A stretch of 64,000 nt of DNA from Eledone cirrhosa. Taxonomy: Eukaryota. Positions 24,283 to 38,059 of the stretch are shown one piece after another (position 1 is the stretch's first letter; every line of letters starts with the position of its first letter). Position numbers and translations under genes: made by a program. The stretch spans positions 98,580,001 to 98,644,000 of the forward strand of contig OZ024744.1 of NCBI GenBank assembly GCA_964016885.1. The letters are read 5' to 3'. The notes under the pieces are model-generated. The model did not search any database and was not told the DNA's origin. It worked only from the letters and a program-made list of their open reading frames with translations.

Positions 24283-26617
24283 ATTTGTACAGAAGAGGAC
24301 TTCTTACTGGTGTATATGTCATTTGTACAGAAGAGGACTTCTCACTAGTGTGTATATATATATGTCATTTGTATATTAGAGGACTTCTCACTAGTGTGTA
24401 TATATATATGTCATTTGTATATTAGAGGACTTCTCACTAGTGTGTATATATGTATGTCATTTGTATATTAGAGGACTCCTCACTAGTGTGTATATGTATA
24501 TATGTATGTCATTTGTACAGAAGAGGACTTCTCACTAGTGTATATATGTATGTCATTTGTATATTAGAGGACTCCTCACTAGTGTATATATATATGTCAT
24601 TTGTATATTAGAGGACTCCTCACTAGTGTGTATATGTATATATATATGTCATTTGTATATTAGAGGACTTCTCACTAGTGTATATATGTATGTCATTTGT
24701 ATATTAGAGGACTTCTCACTAGTGTGTATATGTATATATATATGTCATTTGTATATTAGAGGACTTCTCACTAGTGTGTATATATATGTCATTTGTATAT
24801 TAGAGGACTCCTCACTAGTGTATATATATATGTCATTTGTATATTAGAGGACTTCTCACTAGTGTATATATGTATGTCATTTGTATATTAGAGGACTCCT
24901 CACTAGTGTGTATATGTATATATATATGTCATTTGTATATTAGAGGACTTCTCACTAGTGTGTATATGTATATATATATGTCATTTGTATATTAGAGGAC
25001 TCCTCACTAGTGTGTATATGTATATATATATGTCATTTGTATATTAGAGGAGTTCTCACTAGTGTATATATGTATGTCATTTGTATATTAGAGGACTTCT
25101 CACTAGTGTGTATATATATATATGTCATTTGTATATTAGAGGACTTCTCACTAGTGTGTATATATGTATGTCATTTGTATATTAGAGGACTTCTCACTAG
25201 TGTATATATATATGTCATTTGTATATTAGAGGACTTCTCACTAGTGTATATATGTATATATATATGTCATTTGTATATTAGAGGACTTCTCACTAGTGTG
25301 TATATATGTATGTCATTTGTATATTAGAGGACTTCTCACTAGTGTATATATGTATGTCATTTGTATATTAGAGGACTCCTCACTAGTGTATATATGTATA
25401 TATATATGTCATTTGTATATTAGAGGACTTCTCACTAGTGTGTATATATGTATGTCATTTGTATATTAGAGGACTTCTCACTAGTGTATATATGTATATA
25501 TATATGTCATTTGTATATTAGAGGACTCCTCACTAGTGTGTATATGTATATATATATGTCATTTGTATATTAGAGGACTTCTCACTAGTGTATATATATA
25601 TGTCATTTGTATATTAGAGGACTCCTCACTAGTGTGTATATGTATATATATATGTCATTTGTATATTAGAGGACTTCTCACTAGTGTATATATATATGTC
25701 ATTTGTATATTAGAGGACTCCTCACTAGTGTGTTTATATGTATATATATATGTCATTTGTATATTAGAGGACTTCTCACTAGTGTATATATGTATGTCAT
25801 TTGTATATTAGAGGACTTCTCACTAGTGTGTATATATATATGTCATTTGTATATTAGAGGACTCCTCACTAGTGTGTATATATGTATATATATATGTCAT
25901 TTGTATATTAGAGGACTTCTCACTAGTGTATATATGTATGTCATTTGTATATTAGAGGACTTCTCACTAGTGTGTATATATATATGTCATTTGTATATTA
26001 GAGGACTCCTCACTAGTGTGTATATATGTATATATATATGTCATTTGTATATTAGAGGACTTCTCACTAGTGTATATATGTATGTCATTTGTATATTAGA
26101 GGACTTCTCACTAGTGTATATATATATGTCATTTGTACAGAAGAGGACTTCTCACTAGTGTATATATGTATATATATATGTCATTTGTACAGAAGAGGAC
26201 TTCTCACTAGTGTATATATGTATGTCATTTGTACAGAAGAGGACTTCTCACTAGTGTATATATGTATGTCATTTGTACAGAAGAGGACTTCTCACTAGTG
26301 TATATATGTATGTCATTTGTATATTAGAGGACTCCTCACTAGTGTGTATATGTATGTCATTTGTACAGAAGAGGACTTCTCACTAGTGTATATATATATA
26401 TATGTCATTTGTATATTAGAGGACTTCTCACTAGTGTATATATGTATGTCATTTGTACAGAAGAGGACTTCTCACTAGTGTATATATGTATGTCATTTGT
26501 ACAGAAGAGGACTTCTCACTAGTGTATATATGTATGTCATTTGTACAGAAGAGGACTTCTCACTAGTGTATATATGTATATATATATATGTCATTTGTAT
26601 ATTAGAAGACTCCTCTC
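24119..26617. repeat. Minisatellite, ~42-52-bp unit ATGTCATTTGTATATTAGAGGACT(T/C)CTCACTAGTG(TA)n, in SETD1 intron 4
   Basis: Roughly 50 visible tandem units with a variable TA spacer. Confidence 0.97.
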
Positions 26618-27559
26618 TTATACAGTTAGTCAGAGAGCAGAAGCAAGCTGTGCCATATGGTAGTTATTGTATATACTCAAATATAAGCTGAGGAATATGT
26701 GACCAAAAAGAAAAAAAGAAAAATCAATGGTAAAATGGGTGTTGGGCGTCAGCTTATATACATCATCTAAACATATTCTGTTCATTAGCTGCCTCAGCTT
26801 ATAAACGGGGCTTCGATTTTTGCCCATTTCTGAGACATGAAATAGGGGAGAGTCTGCTTATATATGGTAGTTGCCAACAGAACCTTCATGACCATATTTC
26901 TAATGAAATATACTCTATTTTTATTAAATATTGAAGAACTTTTAGGGATTTTTTCTAAAATTATTAGTTATTTCATTACTAAAATAGTAACTTAATGTAA
27001 GAATCTCATATAAAATTATGTTGGAAGATTTTAATTTTTTTAGTAATGTCACTTTGACGAATCAAAGAAGGAAAAAAAAGTAAAACAGATCCTTAAATAT
27101 ATTTTCCTTGCTATTTCCAATTTCACCTTTTCTCTATAACCAGTTTTGTATAGAACGTTACTTCCTTTTCAAATATATATATATATGATGATGATGATGA
27201 TGATATGTATACATGTATATATATATATATATATATCACACATTAAAATAGATATGGTTTCAACCTTACAAGTGACCATATGCTTCACTCTCTATGATTT
27301 AATTGGTGGTATTTTTAGCAGATGGGAGTTTGGTATTGGTATATCTGAGTGGAACTTGAATTCTCTATGGAAAGGTGAAAGGCAAGAAGAAATAATTTTA
27401 CCAATTTTATCTGTGGTTCAATATTTGTTTAAATAAACAAATATTTGTAATATTGCTTTCATTTGAAACAAAACAGCACTTTTGATGCTCAATTTCTCCA
27501 GTGTTGTTACATTCCTGTAGGATACGAAGCCATGGGTTTATTTTAGAGTTTATATTTCA

Positions 27560-27758
27560 CTAGCTGACTCTGTGGAAATTCCACAATTTAATTAAAAACA
27601 ACCACTAAGTATTAAAGATTAATGTGACATTTTAAAGGTTTTAAATATATTGTATATAAAGTGTTCTCGCTTTTTCTCTCTCTCTTATACTCTTACTGTC
27701 CCTTTTTCAGCTTGACAGACTTTTTACACAAAACATACACCAGCTTTAATATATTAGA
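27560..27758 (-). mobile_element. ~200-bp mini-Helitron
   Basis: Minus strand: A|TCTAATATATTAAAGC ... hairpin tgtggaa-t-ttccaca, then gagtcagCTAG|T. Inserted between A and T with no TSD. Confidence 0.7.
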
Positions 27759-28423
27759 TATTATAACTATATTATGTTACTTTGATAAAATAGTTTAAAG
27801 ATTATGTCACTTTGATAAAATATTATAATTACATTATGTCACTTAATGTATTGTAAAGATTTGCGAAATAATGTAAAATTTTAGAACTTTTAATTCATTT
27901 TTTCTTTTTTCTTTTAAATGGAAGTACAGTTTATATAAAAGTTTTGTCTGTTAAAATATACACAAAACTATGTTAGCAATACAGTGTTGAAAAGTATAAA
28001 ACAGCGCTGTAATTGCATCACTTTAGTACTGCAAATTTTCACAATATCTGTTCACTAGGGAAGATACTATAAACATTTGAATTAACAAACCTGTTTTTAA
28101 ATATTTTCTGATAAATCATTACAGGATATTAAGAGATTATACTGCATATTTTCACAACAATCTATTTGCTAGTAAATATACTATAAACATTTGAATTAAT
28201 GAATCTGTTTTTAGATATTTTCTAAATTATTATAGGGTGTTAAGAGATAATGCTGCAAATATTCATAACAATCTGTTTGGTAGTAAAGATACTATAAATA
28301 TTTGAATTAAAAAAACCTGTTTTAGATATTTTCTAAATTATTATAGGGTGTGAAGAGATAAGCATTTTTTTTTTTTGAAGAATGTATAATAAATCTATTA
28401 TTTCATTTTGTTATAATTTTTAG

Positions 28424-30666
28424 GCAAAGAAAGAAATCGCATTATTGAGGAAATACTTGCTGACAAACCGAAAAATACAAGACGTCCACAACCTTCAGAA
28501 AGAGTAGATCCTCGATCACACAGTCGTTTATATGCAGCTGCTACAACTTCAAGTAATCGGTCTAGCACTTCTCGCAATTTCACACTAAGTAAATCCAAGT
28601 ACAGTGACTATGGGATGGAAGCATATGATCCAGGTGATTTGGAGTTTGATTTTGGCGGCTCTTCTAGTCATCATGTAAGCTCTAAATCTATTGACTCTGG
28701 CGCTTACACAGACAGTGATTATGGCAGCCTTCAACGGTCTGTTCCACAATCTGAACTCAGCTTCTCAGATCATTCTGAGGTTAGTTTTACACCGAGCAAC
28801 TATTCAAATTACAGCCAGTATTCAGCATCACATGTTCAATCTAACCGTGGTCTGGATATTCATTACAATGTATCACACGCCCCACCATATCAGTACAGTG
28901 CGACACAATACACACAACCCAATACAAATCGACAGGTAATTACACCTTATTGTCAGCAGCAGCAGCAGCAGCAACAGCAACAACAACAACAACAGCAGCA
29001 GCAGCAGCAGCAGCCGCCGCCACAACAACCACCACCGCCACAACCACCTCAACCACCACAACAACCACCACAACCACCACAACAGACACATTATGAAAGT
29101 GGGCATCCATGTTTGTCAAACGAAGCAACACAATCACAAACAGAAAGTTCCTCACGATCTCATCCATACACAGAGAGAAAAGACGAGTACAAAGACAAAT
29201 TAACATCATCTTTCTCCCAGCAGCGCTGGGAGTCAGAGCGCGAGAGTGGCAAAGATTGGGCAGATTCAAATAGAGAGATTCGAGAAAAGCATCGAGAGAA
29301 AGACCATCGGAATCGTCCAAAGACACCAGAAGCTGAGGAACCACGTAATCAAAGTTTAGATTCACGTTTACGAAGTATCTTCGGACTTGCGGGGTTAGGC
29401 AGCCCGACAGAAGCAAGTCGTCCTAAAGACCATTCCAGTCCTCCATCTACACCACTGTCAAGAGACGAAACAAATACGCCCCCTAATATTGATTCCCGAT
29501 ACTGCTCCACTCCGCAGCATTCTGTCCCCTCTCGTAACAACACTGTTAACAACAACAACAACAACAACAACAGCAGCAGTAGCAGCCACACAAGACAAAT
29601 TCCTAAATTGCCACCTGATGAGGAGAGCAAGCATTCTGTAACTTCCAAACCTGACACATCTGAATGGACCGAATATTCCAAAGAGAAGTCTAACAAGAAC
29701 AAACGATTTGAAACTAAGAATAATTGCTTCACCTCTATGAATTTGACAAATTACGAACAACAAAAAATTGATAAAGTGGCCCCAGTAGACAGTACTAGTT
29801 CGTGTAATGTTTCTTTGAATAATGTCACAACACGATACAAACCTGAAATTGGGGATAATTTATTTGAACCTGAAGTTGCTACGGCAACTGATTTTAGTAA
29901 TGTTAGCCAATCAAAAACATTTTCTAGTATTGAATCACCATTTCTTGGTAAAGGTTTGGTTGAAGATAGTTGCACTTCAAATATTAAAACAAGTATTGAA
30001 GACACACACATGGACCTTGAAAATAATAATGAGAAGGAGGAAGAAAAGGAAGAGGTGGAGGAAGAGGAGGAGGAAGAGAACGATGACGATGATGACCGTA
30101 TGAGTTTATCGTCAATTAGTAGCGGTGATGAAAAATTAGAAGTAAATGTTCAACTACCAAATAATGATGGTAAATTTACTACCAACAACTTTCAATCAAT
30201 ACCTAGCACACAGACATCAGGTACTGCTCCACCCGTTCCCCTCATTACTGACTTTTCACGTCCACCTCCAAGTATACCACCATGGAGTTTTAGTAATTCG
30301 TATTCGTTTGGTAATTATCTAAATACTCCAAGTCGCTCTGAATCCACTGGCAGTAATTACAATCAAAGCTATACTGCCCACATCCAAAATAGTGTTGTGC
30401 CTGTAAACTTCCTCAACCAGAGTCTTTGTGATTCTGCAACCTTACCGAATGGTACTACTAGCGTCAAAGGTACTGGAACTCCCAATGAAGAAACACAACC
30501 AGACGAAGAAAAAGATCCTAATGATAAAACTTTCCTTTTTGTCTTGGACAATTTCGTACGACAGCTAAAAGAAGTTATGCAGAAAGATCTTTGCAAAAAA
30601 ATGGTTGAAAATTCTGCTTTCAAATCCTTTGAAAAATGGTGGGATGCAGAAGAACAAAAGAGCAAG
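28424..30666 (+). CDS. SETD1: SETD1-like exon 5 (2243 nt; low-complexity middle with polyQ/P, polyN, acidic tracts; ends ...KSFEKWWDAEEQKSK)
   Basis: ttttag| acceptor (phase 1) in frame with ORF 28615..30735; AAG|gtatgt donor. Conserved SLDSR and LKEVMQKDLCKKMVENSAFKSFEKWW blocks. Confidence 0.93.
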
Positions 30667-30797
30667 GTATGTTGTATAATTACTACTTTTCCTTCTAGCA
30701 ATATGCACTTGCCATATATTTTGCTGCATAAATGATATTTTGTACTAATAGTGCTATGTATAGATATTGTTTCTCCTTGTTTTGTGGTTCCATAATA

Positions 30798-31290
30798 ATC
30801 ATCATCATCATCATCATCATCATTCGTCGACTACTGTCGAGATGATGGATCTCACTCTCATGCCCCAGAATTCCCTGTCTCCCATCGCTGCCCCCAGGTC
30901 CTGTCTACTGATTCCCGTATCCCTAGAGATAACGTCAGGGAATGACAGCCTCCTACTCCTAGTCAGGCTGGAGTCAGGGTTCCAGAGCAAGAGAGCAGAT
31001 ATGATTTCATTGCTGACACGGTGACAGTGGCCAGCAAATTGAGCTCTCCGGGATTTTAGAAGGGCAGAGGCTCGAGGGAGTTTGCCTTAGATTTTAGACA
31101 AGGTGGGATGTCGTTTCCAGGATAGGTTTTGCACTCTCATAATAATGTACATTGCCAACTGGTTATGGTGTTGCACTCACAAAATCACTTCCTGCATGGG
31201 GTGGAGCATTGTGTTCTTGAACAAATTACTGTATTTCACATTGATACTTATCTGCCAAATATTTCTTTGTGTTCGAAATTCAGAGCATAT
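30798..31290 (-). mobile_element. LINE (RTE/RTEX-like) 3' fragment with (ATG)n tail
   Basis: Minus strand ends ...FPDVISRDTGISRQDLGAAMGDREFWGMRVRSIISTVVDE* followed by (tga)n. Confidence 0.6.
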
Positions 31291-31464
31291 GTTTACATGC
31301 ACACAAACACACCCACACAATGAGGCAAATGATAGAGTATGTAGGGTGGGTTGTTCATTTCACTATTCTCTAACAACATTGCCATAGTCAACATATATGA
31401 GTTGATGACATCTCACATAGAAGTAATAATTACTACTCTCTCCTCTGTGAAAAATATGTAATAA

Positions 31465-34197
31465 CTGTAATACTAATGTCCACTATATACTATATATACT
31501 GTAATACTAATGTCCACTATATACTATATATACTGTAATACTAATGTCCACTATATACTATATATACTGTAATACTAATGTCCATTATATACTATATATA
31601 CTGTAATACTAATGTCCACTATATACTATATATACTGTAATACTAATGTCCACTATATACTATATATACTGTAATACTAATGTCTACTATATACTATATA
31701 TACTGTAATACTAATGTCCACTATATACTATATATACTGTAATACTAATGTCCACTATATACTATATATACTGTAATACTAATGTCCACTATATACTATA
31801 TATACTGTAATACTAATGTCCACTATATACTATATATACTGTAATACTAATGTCTACTATATACTATATATACTGTAATACTAATGTCCACTATATACTA
31901 TATATACTGTAATACTAATGTCCACTATATACTATATATACTGTAATACTAATGTCTACTATATACTATATATACTGTAATACTAATGTCCACTATATAC
32001 TATATATACTGTAATACTAATGTCCACTATATACTATATATACTGTAATACTAATGTCCACTATATACTATATATACTGTAATACTAATGTCCACTATAT
32101 ACTATATATACTGTAATACTAATGTCTACTATATACTATATATACTGTAATACTAATGTCCACTATATACTATATATACTAATGTCCACTATATACTATA
32201 TATACTGTAATACTGATGTCCACTATATACTATATATACTGTAATACTAATGTCCACTATATACTATATATACTGTAATACTAATGTCCACTATATACTG
32301 TATATACTGTAATACTGATGTCCACTATATACTGTAATACTAATGTCCACTATATATACTATATATACTGTAATACTAATGTGCACTATACACTATATAT
32401 ACTGTAATACTAATGTCCACTATATACTATATATACTGTAATACTAATGTCCACTATATACTATATATACTGTAATACTAATGTCCACTATATACTATAT
32501 ATACTGTAATACTAATGTCCACTATATACTATATATACTGTAATACTAATGTCCACTATATACTATATATACTAATGTCCACTATATACTATATATACTG
32601 TAATACTAATGTCCACTATATACACTATATATACTGTAATACTAATGTCCACTATATACTATATATACTGTAATACTAATGTCCACTATATACTATATAT
32701 ACTGTAATACTAATGTCCACTATATACTATATATACTGTAATACTAATGTCCACTATATATACTATATATACTGTAATACTAATGTCCACTATATACTAT
32801 ATATACTATAATACTAATGTCCACTATATACTATATATACTGTAATACTAATGTCCACTATACACTATATATACTGTAATACTAATGTCCACTATATACT
32901 ATATATACTGTAATACTAATGTCCACTATATACACTATATATACTGTAATACTAATGTCCACTATATACTATATATACTGTAATACTAATGTCTACTATA
33001 TACTATATCTACTGTAATACTAATGTCCACTATATACTATATATACTGTAATACTAATGTCCACTATACACTATATATACTGTAATACTAATGTCCACTA
33101 TATATACTATATATACTGTAATACTAATGTCCACTATATACTATATATACTGTAATACTAATGTCCACTATATACTATATCTACTGTAATACTAATGTCC
33201 ACTATATATACTATATATACTGTAATACTAATGTCCACTATACACTATATATACTGTAATACTAATGTCTACTATATACTATATATACTGTAATACTAAT
33301 GTCCACTATATACTATATATACTGTAATACTAATGTCCACTATATACTATATCTACTGTAATACTAATGTCCACTATATATACTATATATACTGAAATAC
33401 TAATGTCCACTATATACTATATATACTGTAATACTAATGTCTACTATATACTATATATACTGTAATACTAATGTCCACTATACACTATATATACTGTAAT
33501 ACTAATGTCTACTATATACTATATATACTGTAATACTAATGTCCACTATATACTATATATACTGTAATACTAATGTCCACTATACACTATATATACTGTA
33601 ATACTAATGTCCACTATATACTGTATATACTGTAATACTAATGTCCACTATATACTGTAATAGTAATGTCCACTATATATATTATAATACTATAATACTA
33701 ATGTGCACTATACACTATATATACTGTAATACTAATGTCCACTATATACTATATGTACTGTAATACTAATGTCCACTATATATACTGTAATACTAATGTC
33801 CACTATATACTATATATACTAATGTCCACTATATACTGTAATACTAATGTCCACTATATACTATATATACTGTAATACTAATGTCCACTATATACTATAT
33901 ATACTGTAATACTAATGTCCACTATACACTATATATACTGTAATACTAATGTCCACTATATACTATATATACTAATACTAATGTCCACTATATACTATAT
34001 GTACTGTAATACTAATGTCCACTATATACTATATATACTGTAATACTAATGTCCACTATATACTATATATACTGTAATACTAATGTCCACTATCTACTAT
34101 ATATACTGTAATACTAATGTCCACTATATACTATATATACTGTAATACTAATGTCCACTATATACTATATATACTGTAATACTAATGTCCACTATAT
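31465..34197. repeat. 34-bp minisatellite CTGTAATACTAATGTCCACTATATACTATATATA (resumes, degenerate, at ~36021-36190)
   Basis: Period 34 visible (ctgtaa at 31465 and 31499); about 80 units. Confidence 0.97.
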
Positions 34198-34200
34198 ATG

Positions 34201-36020
34201 GTAATACTAGAGGGGGCCATACCAAAAGATTGGTGCAGTAGCATCATTGTCAACTGCTACAAAGGTAAAGGCGATGCACTAGATAGAGGAAACTATAGAG
34301 GTATAAAGTTGATGGACCAGGTCATGAAAGTAACAGAAAGAGTTATAGCACAGCTGATTAGGGACCGGGTGAATATAGACGAGATGCAATTTGGGTTTGT
34401 TCCAGGGAAAGGCACCACTGATGCGCTCTTCCTTGTGAGGCAATTACAGGAAAAGTACCTAGCTAAAAGTAAGCCACTCTACTTGGCATTTGTCGACCTT
34501 GAGAAAGCCTTTGACAGAGTTCCACGTGCAGTAATCTGGTGGGCTCTTAGAAAACTAGGAGTAGATGAATGGCTTGTGAAAGCGGTACAAGCCATGTATA
34601 GGGGAGCAGTCAGCAAAGTTAGGATTGGCAATGAGTATAGCGAGGAATTTAGCGTACAGGTTGGGGTCCACCAGGGCTCTGTTCTTAGCCCTCTCCTGTT
34701 CATCATAGTCCTGCAGGCAATAACGGAGGAGTTTAAGACCGGATGCCCATGGGAACTCCTGTATGCTGATGACCTCGCACTCATAGCTGAATCTATGGTA
34801 GAACTAGAGAATAAATTCCAAACCTGGAAGCAGGGACTAGAGAGAAAGGGCCTCAAAGTCAACATGACAAAGACTAAGGTCCTTATAAGTAGACGAGAAA
34901 ACAGAACCCAGATCCCCTCAGGGAAATGGCCTTGCTCAGTATGTAGGAAAGGTGTAGGTAGGAACTCCATTCTTTGCCCCAAATGCAAACAATGGGTACA
35001 CAAGAGATGTAGCGGGATCTCAGGAAGCTTAATTAAGAATGTAGGATTCACATGCAGCAGCTGTGCTGAAACAGCAAGCAAACAGCCACAGGAAACAAGT
35101 ACCACCAATCTCTGGGAGGGCCCTGTAGAAACAGTAGACAGCTTCTGCTACCTAGGTGACCGAATTAGCAACGGAGGTGGGTGCTCAGAAAGTACAATAA
35201 CTAGGGTAAGAACGGGATGGAAGAAGTTTAGGGAACTACTACCACTGCTAGCTGCAAAAGGCTTCTCCCTCAGAATGAAAGGCAGACTGTATGATGCGTG
35301 TATCCGAACAGCGATGTTGCATGGTAGTGAGACCTGGGCGCTGAAGGTGGAAGACCTACGTAGATTAGAGAGAAACGAAGCCTGCATGCTCCGATGGATG
35401 TGTAACAGTAATATACGTGAACGACAAAGCATAAATGAATTGAGAGAGAGACTGAGCATAAGAGGAATCAAATGCTGCGTGCAGGAGAGGCGGTTACGCT
35501 GGTATGGACATGTGATGCGTATGAAGGATGACAGCTGCATAAAAAGGTGCAGAGCACTAGAAGTTGATGGAAACCGCGGAGTGGGGAGACCCAAGATGAC
35601 TTGGGATGAGGTGATAAAAGCCGACCTTACCCAACTACACCTCTCAAAGTCAATGACACACGACCGTGACTTCTGGCGTCACGCAGTAATACAGGGTACC
35701 CGACCTCCCATGGGTACATGCTGAAGCATATAAACAATATGCCCCCCCCCCCCCACCCCCACCGCAAGGTGGTCGTGGAGGTGCCACGGCAAAAAAGCAC
35801 CCAGCCCACACTGTAAAGTGGACGTGTAGGCGCCACGAAAAAGCACCCAGCACTCACTGTAAATGAGGTTGGTGTTAGGAAGGGCATCCAGCTGTAGAAA
35901 TCAAGCCAGATCAGTTCCTGTATGAGCAAGGCATGGTCAGCCGACCAGACACTGCCCACAACAGGACAACCCGTCTAACCCATGCTAGCGTGGAAGAACG
36001 GACGTAAAACGGTGATGATG
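34201..36020 (+). mobile_element. 5'-truncated RTE-clade LINE, uninterrupted RT ORF (to stop at 35724) with embedded PHD finger, 3'UTR and (ATG)n tail
   Basis: KGKGDALDRGNYRGIKL, QFGFVPGKGTTDA, FVDLEKAFDRVPR, GVHQGSVLSPLLF, YADD, FCYLGD, RLRWYGHV. Confidence 0.95.
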
Positions 36021-36828
36021 ATATATTATAATACTATAATACTGATGTCCACTATATACTGTAATAGTAATGTCCACTATATATATTATAATACTGTAAG
36101 ACACACTATACACTATATATATACTGTAATACTAATGTCCACTATACATTATATATACTGTAATCCTTATATCCACTATATACTGTAAATTATTTAGAAA
36201 TAGTGTTTTTTAAATATTTGGAAGGATTTAATAAACTAACTAACTTTCTCATTATTAAGCTGGTATGTGGATATAACTTAACAATGGTTCTTACATAAAA
36301 TTATGAATAAAGGTTTTAGATGAATATATAAACTTTAACCCTTTTATTACCATATTTCTTATGAAAGACAGTCTGGTTTTTAAATTATCAAAAATGTTGA
36401 GGGATTTATTAATATAACTAAGTTTCTCATCATTAAGTTGGTGTTTAAATCATAAATGATTCTTATATAAAAATTATGATGGACATTTTTTTTTTTAGGC
36501 AAATGTTCTTTTAGATAAATTGTTACATCTTCAGTTAATTCTTATGAAGTCACATGTTTCTTAAGTGTTCTAATTATTATGACTTTTGATTTGATTTCTC
36601 TTCCAGATTGAACAAGAATTTTTTTTCTGGTTTCACTTAATTAAGAGCTTGGTTTTTTTTATGTTGAAAAAATGTGTTTAATTTTTAAGACACTGAATTT
36701 TTTATGAATTGCTTCCCTTGACCTTGCATTATTTATTAAGGGGAGATTACTCTATTGGTGACTTATGTCACCGACAGCACCCAGAAGGTTAAAATAAAAT
36801 CTCAACTTATTTTTATGTTATATTTTAG

Positions 36829-37086
36829 TCTCAGAAAGAAAATAACCAAAATGAGAAGGTACCTTTAATTAAAGATTCTCCAGTTAAAAATGCAAAACCA
36901 AACATTTTACCACAGACGGCTAATCAAATTTCTGCGAAGAATGAAGTTAATTCAACGTTAGCATCTTTATTTGAAACGCAACATCCATGGCGACACGATG
37001 GAGGATTTGAAGGACATTATAATGGTGCTCATGGTGGTGGATTCCTCGGCATCAGAGGTGTAATGCCTAGGATGCCTTCTTTTAAG
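36829..37086 (+). CDS. SETD1: SETD1-like exon 6 (SQKENNQNEK...GGGFLGIRGVMPRMPSFK)
   Basis: ttttag| acceptor, AAG|gtaaac donor, 258 nt open frame. Ends in the G.RG....PSFK motif of SETD1. Confidence 0.9.
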
Positions 37087-37710
37087 GTAAACTCTTTACT
37101 CCTTCAATTTCTTCTCATTTTGTGTTGACTCTTTTATTTGTTTCAGTCAGTAGACTGATCATATTGATTTAGGTTTGCTCCCTTCTGGACCCACTTTGGG
37201 ATCTTGGGATACGCAACCTTTGTGCGTCCATCCCACACCTCCCAGGATAAGTCAGTCCCATTGCTAGTTATTGCAGCATGAAATGGAGACTGCAATTTCT
37301 CGAGACATCAGGCATCTTCTGACCCTGGACAGCTCCTTAAAATCAGATCAATAGCAGTTATCTGAGGAAAGAGCCTCGCAATGTAGGGTGACTGTTGCTG
37401 GAGGTGTCACTGGCCATTATTCATGGAAATGCTGCTGAAACACCACTCTGATCTATGTGTAGAGTCGAGTCTGTCCCCCACTTCCCTTCCACCTTTCTTT
37501 CTTCCTTTGTCTAATAGTCCTTGCTCTTCCCCGCCTTTTCCTCTCATTTATGGCATTTATAGTCCTTTCCAATGCTGCTTTCTTTTTCTGTATGTTTCAC
37601 CAACTTATAGTTTATATACATATATTTAATAAAATTTTCATGCAGAAAAATAAAAAAGGGAAAAATATAACCAAAACAGGATTTGCAACAAAAAAAAACA
37701 AAAAAACTTA

Positions 37711-37879
37711 CCGTATTTCCCGGCGCCAAAGGCACTTCGTCCTCGAGGGTGCACCCTAATTATGACAACTAAAAATTTGAAAAAAAAATAATAAACAACC
37801 TTCGGTCTCCAGGACGCATGGTAGATTTTTGAGACTTATTTTATGAAAAAAATAACGTCTTCGATGCCGGAAAATACGG
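37711..37879. mobile_element. Tc1/mariner-type MITE with CCGTA...TACGG termini
   Basis: ta|CCGTATTTCCCGGC ... GCCGGAAAATACGG|tg; imperfect TA TSD. Confidence 0.65.
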
Positions 37880-37965
37880 TGTATGTATATATTACCAATA
37901 TTTTAATGATGCAATGATAAACAATTAATGATACAATGATAAACAATTCTATTAATTTCTCACAG

Positions 37966-38059
37966 AAAAAAGTGTTCCGCCCACCATCTCCACCACCTCC
38001 CGATGATGAAGACAGCAAAGCAGCTGAATCATTTGCGTCAAATGCTGAAGATGACTCTG
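37966..38059 (+). CDS. SETD1: SETD1-like exon 7 (KKVFRPPSPPPPDDEDSKAAESFASNAEDDS)
   Basis: cacag| acceptor, G|gtacaa donor, 94 nt, phase 0-1. Continues PSFK-KK. Confidence 0.82.

Noticed and set aside
24119-26617. CRISPR-like appearance (constant repeat + variable spacer), also at 50618-55008
   Set aside because: The spacers are just variable-length (TA)n or (GGT)n, there are no cas genes, and the context is a eukaryotic intron.
28615-30735. Stand-alone 706-aa gene (likewise 46552..47796, 414 aa)
   Set aside because: Both are internal exons of SETD1, bounded by splice sites; the ORF starts and stops are artefacts of intron read-through.
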